Origin: Octopus vulgaris
Taxonomy: Eukaryota
Direction: 5' to 3'
NCBI GenBank assembly: GCA_951406725.2
Contig: OX597822.1
Location: forward strand, 73,842,001-73,906,000
Length of the DNA stretch: 64,000 nt
The translations under genes were made by a program, and so were the position numbers. Shown one piece after another: positions 56,422-64,000 of this stretch. Every line of letters starts with the position of its first letter. Within the stretch, counting starts at the first letter, position 1. The notes under the pieces were generated by a model, which saw only the letters and a list, made by a program, of their open reading frames with translations, was not told the DNA's origin and did no database searches.

Positions 56422-57150
56422 TTGCGCAAGAAATTAAAAATTATTTATTGACAAAATGTTGTTGAGTATATAAACAAATTGCACTGCTTGTTTCTCTGGG
56501 ATTGGTCAAATTGATGTAGACGCCGCTGATGAGAAGCCAATAAGATTCGAAAATCAATTAAGGCCGATCATAATTTTTTAAAAATCTATGCAGAAACAGT
56601 TAAATTAACCTTGTTTCCGATATGAAGTGTAAAACTAAAATAAACTAACAACGTAACGTAAAGTGACTACCAGTTAAGAATAAAAATTGCGTAGTTTCTC
56701 GATACGTGATTATTCTCCCTTACTTTATATCACGTCCAATTAAACTTGGTTTAATTCCTACCATTAGTTAAAAATTTGATGACGGAGTGGTGATTGGTAG
56801 ATTAAACAGATTGTTGCGTTTCATTTAAACAGTTTGCGAATTTAGATATGTTGCTATGCGTTCGGTGCTTTTAAAATAGCGTCGGATAGATATTTGCTTT
56901 CCGTCTATTCCAGACGTTGAAAAAGTAAGTAACAGTAATATATTGGTGTGAAGGAGCATTCCATTGACTACAGCATTGTACAATTTTTAAAAAATTATTT
57001 TGAGCTTTTTAAAATTTTTTATAATGTAAGAAATCGTTAATTAGTTAATTAAAAAATTAACGGAATAGGAAATATGAAAGATTGTGAGGAGGGATAAGGA
57101 AAAACGTTATTTAAATAAATAGATTGATAAGTAGATATATATATATATAT

Positions 57151-57215
<65 letters not shown>

Positions 57216-58874
57216 TTGTCAAGTACAGTGAAGGATAAATAGAAAGTATGAGAACGTGTGTGTGAGGGAGTGTATGGAAAAGTTTGCTTGTATGAGTGAA
57301 CGAGTATATGTAATGTCATCGAAATCCCCAACTTCCGCCTCGTGTGACGCCATTTTAAAATATTGTTTAAAACTTTCATCTTTCTCTGTTAATGCATTTA
57401 TAGAAGAGAATAAATAATGAAGACTCGCCTACTCGCGCAATTGGTTGAAACCATACCGATTTCATCAGGAAGTGACGAACAATCAGCTGACTATACTTTC
57501 AGCCATTCGCTGGAGATTCCGATGGAAACAACGGAAAGAGATGCTTTAAACATAATTAATAAATCAATCAATCAAAACAAAAAAAAATACAAAGTTAAGA
57601 AAACATAACGGCGTGGGTGATGATTTCATTTCATTTCATTTCATTATATTAACATGCTTGTTTGTTTGTTTGTTTTTGTTGTTGCTTTTCTTTTCTTCCG
57701 TTGGCTCTATTAAATAATATTATGTTTATGGTGTAAAGAATTAAATATTTCCTTTTGGAAATGGTTTAACAAATACATTTGATCCATAATTAAGGAATTG
57801 GGGTAGAAACAGTTATCGAACAATGATGGAAATGAATTAATTTTCCATTTTTCTTCTTCCTTTTCTCTTTCTTCCTCTTCTCTTTATTTCGCTTCTTTTT
57901 TTCGTTCTTTTCACCCTTACTTTCATTCGTTTTCTCTTCTTTCTTTTAGGTTCATATACAAACGGGGGCGAATCAAGTGCTTCCTTTTCCGCTCATTTTG
58001 TAACAAAAGACAAGGGTAGGTGTATTTCCTAATTATATCCATATAACATTCACATTTATAAAGCAATGGTAATTACAGGAGAGAAGAACTATCATACAGA
58101 CACTGAGTAGGCAAAACGCAGACCATGTCTAAGCCTAGATCTCCGGTTTCTGCATTTGTTGTCAATCTAGACAACCACCTGTACTCTTTTCCGTTTGAAT
58201 AAAATTGTTAAAGTGAATACCGGTTTTATATTTGGGTCGATAAGATAAACTGCGCTCCCTACTTTAGAAATATGCTTGTTGTTTATTTTAATATATATAG
58301 AAGTAAACAAACAGCCTCACCCCACCCAGATTATCACCAGCCAGTAATTCTGGCTGAGTGGGGCTCGTCGATTACAATCGGCCCTAGTGTTCATCTGACA
58401 CTTAACTGACACCAGAGTGAATGATAGTTAAGCCAAGAACTCCGATTTCTGGGTTCGTTAACAAACCCCGAAAGAATGAAATTCAAGGTCGACCACGGCG
58501 GAATTTGAACCCAGAACGTAAAGACGGACGAAATACCGCAAAGCATTTTGCCCGGCGTGCTAACTGTCATCTTGCTGTTCTGCTATTGTGAATATTATCA
58601 AAATGTTCGACTATCAGAAAATGTTTTGTTGGTCTTGGCAAGATTTGAACTCAAACCAGTAGGGAAATGTAACTAAATGTAGTTTTGAAATTAAGCAAAA
58701 GCCTAATTTTTTACGTTTCTTCCCGTCACCCTTTTTTCTTTTAATCTAGTGAGAGATATAAAGTAGGGACACTCTGCACAGAAAAAAATTAATACACTAG
58801 TATTTTAAAAGTAAAACTGAGAATAGTGCCAACATTAAGAGCAAGTATATGCAGGTACGTATATCCGCCTCTAT

Positions 58875-59284
58875 GTTATTATTCAGTCTTATTTCAAGAT
58901 TTCTTGCCAACAGAGAAAGAGCCAGTTTCCAACCTAGATCCAAGGCTCCTCATTGGAATTTCAGCATCAACAACAGGGAAATTTTGTATGTATGTATGTA
59001 TATGTGAAGATTTGTATGTTTTGTTTTATGTATGCATTCTCATGTATATAGTTGCATATCTAGGCATGCTCATATATACTTAAATGATAAATTTCTGGAA
59101 AGTTTTACAGATTTTTACAGTTCCACTGATGGATTGGATCTGTAGCCTTCGAATTAGCTTTCGCCATTCTGGCTTTGAAAAGAACTAATTTCTAAAGATT
59201 AGTATTTAAGCAGCGTGTTACATATCCCAGGGCCCAATAATTACCTGAACTTTTAATCTGCATAGAGTAACAGCAGATTTCTCA

Positions 59285-59285
<1 letters not shown>
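58875..59285 (-). mobile_element. R4/Dong-like LINE 3' end
   Basis: Homologous to 17000-17480; abuts (TATG)n. Confidence 0.82.
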
Positions 59286-59315
<30 letters not shown>

Positions 59316-60093
59316 TGTATGTATGTATGTATGTATGCATGCATGTATGTATGTATGTATGTATGTATGTATGTATGTATGTATGTATGTATGTGTGTGT
59401 GTGTATGTATGCATGTGGAATGAATACGAGCAAGTTTTAGTGAAGTCTTGTAGAATGTATACAATATATGTGCAATGTAGTAGATTCGCTGGTAAATCGG
59501 ACAGTAAACGCGGATAGTTTCTTTTCGGAAATATTCTTTTAGATGCATCATAAATCCAGAAATAATGGTTAGGAAGACAGAGTCCTCAAAGTTGGCAGAG
59601 GGCTCTTGAAAAGAGGAGTGTGGGAATTTCAGAGGTAGACGATTCTTTAGTCTCGATATTTCATCTCTTCAGATCTCAGAAATCAATAAAGAATCAATGC
59701 GTTATTGGGCATGACTTAATAGATACATGGACGCGTTCTTCTGCGAAGTTTTGCCTTATTGCCTGCGGATGAAACGATAAATTTTATGTTCTTCAGTTTG
59801 GAATGTTCTAGGAGTAAAACAGAAGTGCTAAATTGCTGAGTAAACAATGCAGAGATTAAGTAAATAAACAGGGTACTTACGGGTACTTACTTGTTGGGTA
59901 AAAGGGACATATGAGACGAACATTTTCGTGCCCTTAAAATAAAGTAGTATAGGGCTTTTAAAGTAAGTCATTTGAAACTTACGAGTGATGAGAGAGAAAG
60001 GGAGTGAAATAGAGTGAGAGAGGCGGGAGTAAGGTGGCGGGAAAAAGAAACAGGAAGAAAGGTGACCGGAAGAATGAAGAGGGGAAAGAAAAG

Positions 60094-60147
<54 letters not shown>

Positions 60148-60293
60148 TGAAAGGGAAAGAGAAGTAGAGTCTTGGCAAAATACAGAAAAATAGCGGAGAA
60201 AAATAAGAGTGAGAAAGAGAGAGAGAGAGAGAGAGAGAAAATGGAAGAAAGTTGACGTTGGACTATGAGGCATGAATATATATGATACTTATA

Positions 60294-60360
<67 letters not shown>

Positions 60361-60684
60361 TGTATGTCTGTCTATCTATCTATCTATCCATATATACATG
60401 CATGTATTTATAGACACACGTACAATTGCATGTATCGGGAAGGGGTGTCCATAGAGATGTGTGCGTGCGTGTGTGTGTATGTGTGTGTGTGTGTGTGTGT
60501 GCGTGTGAGTTAGTGAGTAAATATACGTAGCTAAATATTTATAAACATGCGTCTGTCTGTCTGTCTGTCTGTCTGTCTGTATGTATGTATGTATGTATGT
60601 ATGTATGTACGTATGGTATATTTATTTTTCAGTCCCGAATTGGTGTTTAGAAATTATCATATTTTAATATAATCTTTTCTAATG

Positions 60685-60890
60685 AAGGTACAAGGCCTCA
60701 AATTTGGGGGTGGGGGGACAAGCCGATTACATCGACCGCAGTGTTTCACTGGTACTTAATTTATCGACCCCGAAAGGATGAAAGGCAAAGTCGACTTTGG
60801 TGGAATTTGAACTCTGAACGTTGTTGCGACGGGCAAAATACCGCAAAGCATTCTGTCCAGCGTGCTAACGATTCTGCCAGTTCGATGCCT
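60685..60890 (-). mobile_element. SINE family 2
   Basis: Reverse complement of the 41306/22081 consensus. Confidence 0.85.
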
Positions 60891-61144
60891 TAATCATATT
60901 TAATATTATAAAAAAGACAAGGTTGAACCATGTGCTTGGTGAGCAAGTTACTTTATTTCATCGAATTGACCATGAAGGTCGAAAACTGATAGAGGTAGCT
61001 GCGGGCTGGACAGAGGCATTAATGTGTATGAAAACGACAAAGATGGAAAAAAATGGGAGGGGCACCGGCGCCCGCCGACCGATAACCCCTCGAAATCACT
61101 GTTCAATTTAAATCAATAGAAATCAAAATTATAATCACAAAAAT

Positions 61145-62469
61145 TCAAAAATTACCATTACAAATTACAAAAATATATTGTTCATTATTCTTCGTCTTCC
61201 TCAAGTAAGTTTTCCTCAAGTAAGTCTTTCCAAGTACGTTTTCTGCCGCTTGCAGGGAAGCCTGCATTGGCAGGCCCGGACCGAGGAAAACAAAATCTTT
61301 GTTACAGGTCTTCCTGACCTCAATCAGTTCTTTCTGACTTATGACTTCCGCAGCCACCTGCGGAGGCCAACTTGGACAGTCTATACAGGTCGAGTCGCAT
61401 CGCTTTCGGTCTAGTAGACTGTCCAAGTATAACTCAACAGGCCCTCCCTTGAGATAGAGAATGACAACCTCTTCGTCACAAAGAGAGGTCTCATCCTGCT
61501 TTTTCAGTGGCACAATTCCCACTGACAGAGCCTCTCGCTCCGGTGGCACACTTCCCACCGGAGGAACATCGGGTTTGGTCGGTGGCACAGCGACATCCGC
61601 TGACCGTCTCCCGTTTCTCTTCTTTTTTTTCTTCTTTCGGTTGCGGGAGTCGGGGCCTCCGCCGGCACACCCGAAAGGTCCTCCTCCTCTCCCGCAACCT
61701 GCACATCTCCTGGTGAGCAACCACCGTTGCTCACCTTTCTCCTCCTTCTCGTTGAGGTCGACACCTCAACGACTTCCTTCGTTTCTCCCTGCAATGGGAG
61801 AGCGTAGGGCACTTTCCCCTTTTCCTGATCCGGAGCCTTACCACGGCCCCGGGAGCAGTCCTTCTTGACATGGCCTGACTCCCAGCATGAGTGACTCTTG
61901 TGGGGGGGGGGGTCCCCTCCAGAATCACTGGACACCTGGAGCCAGCCATCCTCAAAAAGTCAGGGAAGGTCATTGCCTGCGGCCACTGGGGTCCACAGGG
62001 TCAAAGTTGCCTTTGCACCTACCCAGTTGACTGCAGGCGTCACTCTTACATTTAAGAGCCTGGGACCGCTATCCCCCAGGCCCCGACGGGCGGTATCTCC
62101 TATTCAACCCGCCTCTATGCCCGGGGGTAGCCCACATACCCAGGCTCTTATCACCTTCCTCCAGCAGTACGTCGGAAGGAACAAAATTTCCTTTCCCTCC
62201 AAAGGCTGACTTGCAAAATTGCAAGCCTCCTCCGTGGTGTCAAGCAGCAACTACACCGTTGCCTGCCTGACACCCTGGGATATATATTTTACAGGGGACA
62301 AATAGTCTTTTAGTTCTTTTTCAATGGTTTGTTTTGGGAAGACGGTGATGGTATCAAGAACTTTAGAGTAAGTTCTAACCACCACCGTCCTCTCCTCCAT
62401 ATCTTTTAACCACTGCTTCTGTGGGACAATCTCCCACTAAACAATCTCATCCGTATTTTTTTTTGCCAT
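61145..62469 (-). pseudogene. gag/ORF1-like CCHC zinc-knuckle protein (L1/Tx1-type), disrupted
   Basis: Joined across frameshifts: MAKKNTDEIV..ERTVVVRTY..FLPTYCWKKVIRAWVCGLPPG..LPDFLRMAGSRCPVILEGTPP..(C)HSCWESGHVKKDC plus a Lys/Arg-rich tract; GC-rich block. Confidence 0.65.
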
Positions 62470-63029
62470 ATCCAAAGCAATAGTTCGCAAAAAAGAAAAG
62501 AGAGAATTCAAAAGAAAACAAAAGGGAAGAAGAAATAAATAAAAAGCAAACAGTTCAATAAAAAGTCACAATAGAAGAAGAAAACAATAGTTCAAAAGAA
62601 AAAAACTTCTGCGCATTCATGTACTCCAAGCCCTTTTGGTACTCCAATTAGAACCTGGACTGCTCCACTCGAATACAGCTTTCCAACGTAGTCGTAAAAT
62701 ACACACTATTTAAAAACAGCGAACGACTTTCGGTGGCAGGATAGTCACCAAACTATATTTCTCACAATGAGAAAAAAATGTTCACGTCATGAGAAAACTT
62801 GAAATACAGTTTTCCAATAATGGTAAATGTTGTGGTAAAAACAAATTATTTGAAGGATACGCCCACCAGACAATGAGAAAAAAATCTTCATTTACTATGG
62901 ACCATATTGCTGAACCACAAGTTGACCAACATCATGAATTCAGTGAGGATTCCCTGTTTGTAAAATATATAAGCACAGACAACGACCCTCACCGGGTCCA
63001 AGAGAAAAGCCTTACTTTGCAGCAGCTTC

Positions 63030-63470
63030 GGATCTTTTCGGTTTGAACGGCAGTTTTTTCTAGCGGTGTCATATGAAATTGTCACCCATAATTATGACCC
63101 TAGAATCGATCTATTGCATTTCAATCTCTTTTAGGGTTAGGGTTAGTAGGGTTAGTTAGGGTTAGGGTTAGGGGTGGGGGAAGGGTATCTTTTATTCTTC
63201 ACAAATGTAAATAAACCCAATCTGTTTCTTAAACGAGGGACATATTCATACGGCACAGAATGCTTTTGAACTCAATAGACGTCATTGATTGGTTGAAATT
63301 GCAGAAATTGAAGAAAAAAAACAACAAATATCTTACAAACTATAGAATTTTCTCAATAAAGCCAAGAGGAAAAGATGTTTTATAAACACATTCTACCAGT
63401 TTAGGAAGTTTAAAATTTTTTAGTTACCTAGAAATTATATTAAAAACTGCCGTTCAAACCGAGAAGATCC
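63030..63470. mobile_element. MITE with 28-bp GG-initial TIRs and internal (TTAGGG)n (Merlin-like)
   Basis: GGATCTTTTCGGTTTGAACGGCAGTTTT / AAAACTGCCGTTCAAACCGAGAAGATCC; 8-bp TSD GCAGCTTC / GCAGTTTC. Confidence 0.8.
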
Positions 63471-63664
63471 GCAGTTTCTTTTAGCAGGCTAAACACAGCC
63501 GGCTATTTTCCTCAGTGCACAACACAATGGCGCATGCGCACGCTAACAACAGAGACTCATGGGAAGTCTTAAAGACTCATGGGAAGCAAGCTACTTACTA
63601 CACAGCCACTTACCACACACACACATTACTTACTCTCACTGTCTCTCTCACACACACACATATA

Positions 63665-63870
63665 TCGTAGGTTCAATTCCCAGGTTGGGCAGTGCGTTGT
63701 GTTCTTGAACAAAATACTTCATTTCTCATTGCCCCAGTCCTCCTGCGATCAGGGGTGGGGATGTTGGCCTGCTCGCCTAGCCAGCGCGGTGCGTCATTTG
63801 AAGGCTAAAACGATGAAAAAGCACATTGTGACCAGTGATGTGTAGCTTGGTGGGTCACGTGATCATATTG
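63665..63870 (+). mobile_element. SINE family 3 (head A + tail like the 15577 copy)
   Basis: GCGTTGTGTTCTTGAACAAAATACTTCATTTC then GGCCTGCTCGCCTAGCCAGCG..GCGTCATTTGAAGGCTAAAAC. Confidence 0.75.
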
Positions 63871-64000
63871 ATATATATATATACTATGGGCTTCTTTCAG
63901 CTTCCGTTTGCCAAATACCCTTACGTAGCTTTCTTTGATCGGCCCGAGGATATAGTAGAAAACCCAAGCCGAAGATGGCCACACAGTGGGACTGAACTTG

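Noticed and set aside
57420-57470. Minus-strand CTGATGA
   Set aside because: No correctly placed GAAA or stems

Overview
Animal intronic/intergenic DNA, very AT-rich and saturated with (TA)n/(CA)n/(TACA)n/(TAGA)n microsatellites. The tRNA-derived SINE families and repeat style suggest an Octopus-like cephalopod (inference). No host protein-coding gene is supported, and almost all listed ORFs are microsatellite artefacts. The real coding remnants are all degenerate transposons: a Penelope-like (PLE) reverse transcriptase (28.1-29.0 kb), a hAT/hATm-like DDE transposase with long TIRs (25.6-28.1 kb), three R4/Dong-type RLE LINE 3' ends in (TACA)n, mariner fragments, and a lone CCHC gag/ORF1-like gene (61.1-62.5 kb). 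Two Helitrons, a Helentron-like element and several MITEs are also present. The main signal is non-coding. About 20 minimal type-I hammerhead ribozymes (intact or decayed) lie in PLE-type termini, often as long fold-back palindromes inserted in (TA)n. They include C3-G8, U3-A8 and G3-C8 core variants. Three divergent families share a roughly 200-250 nt covarying structured RNA, located directly 3' of the hammerhead in the two families that retain one. All calls were made by eye and coordinates of degenerate elements are approximate.
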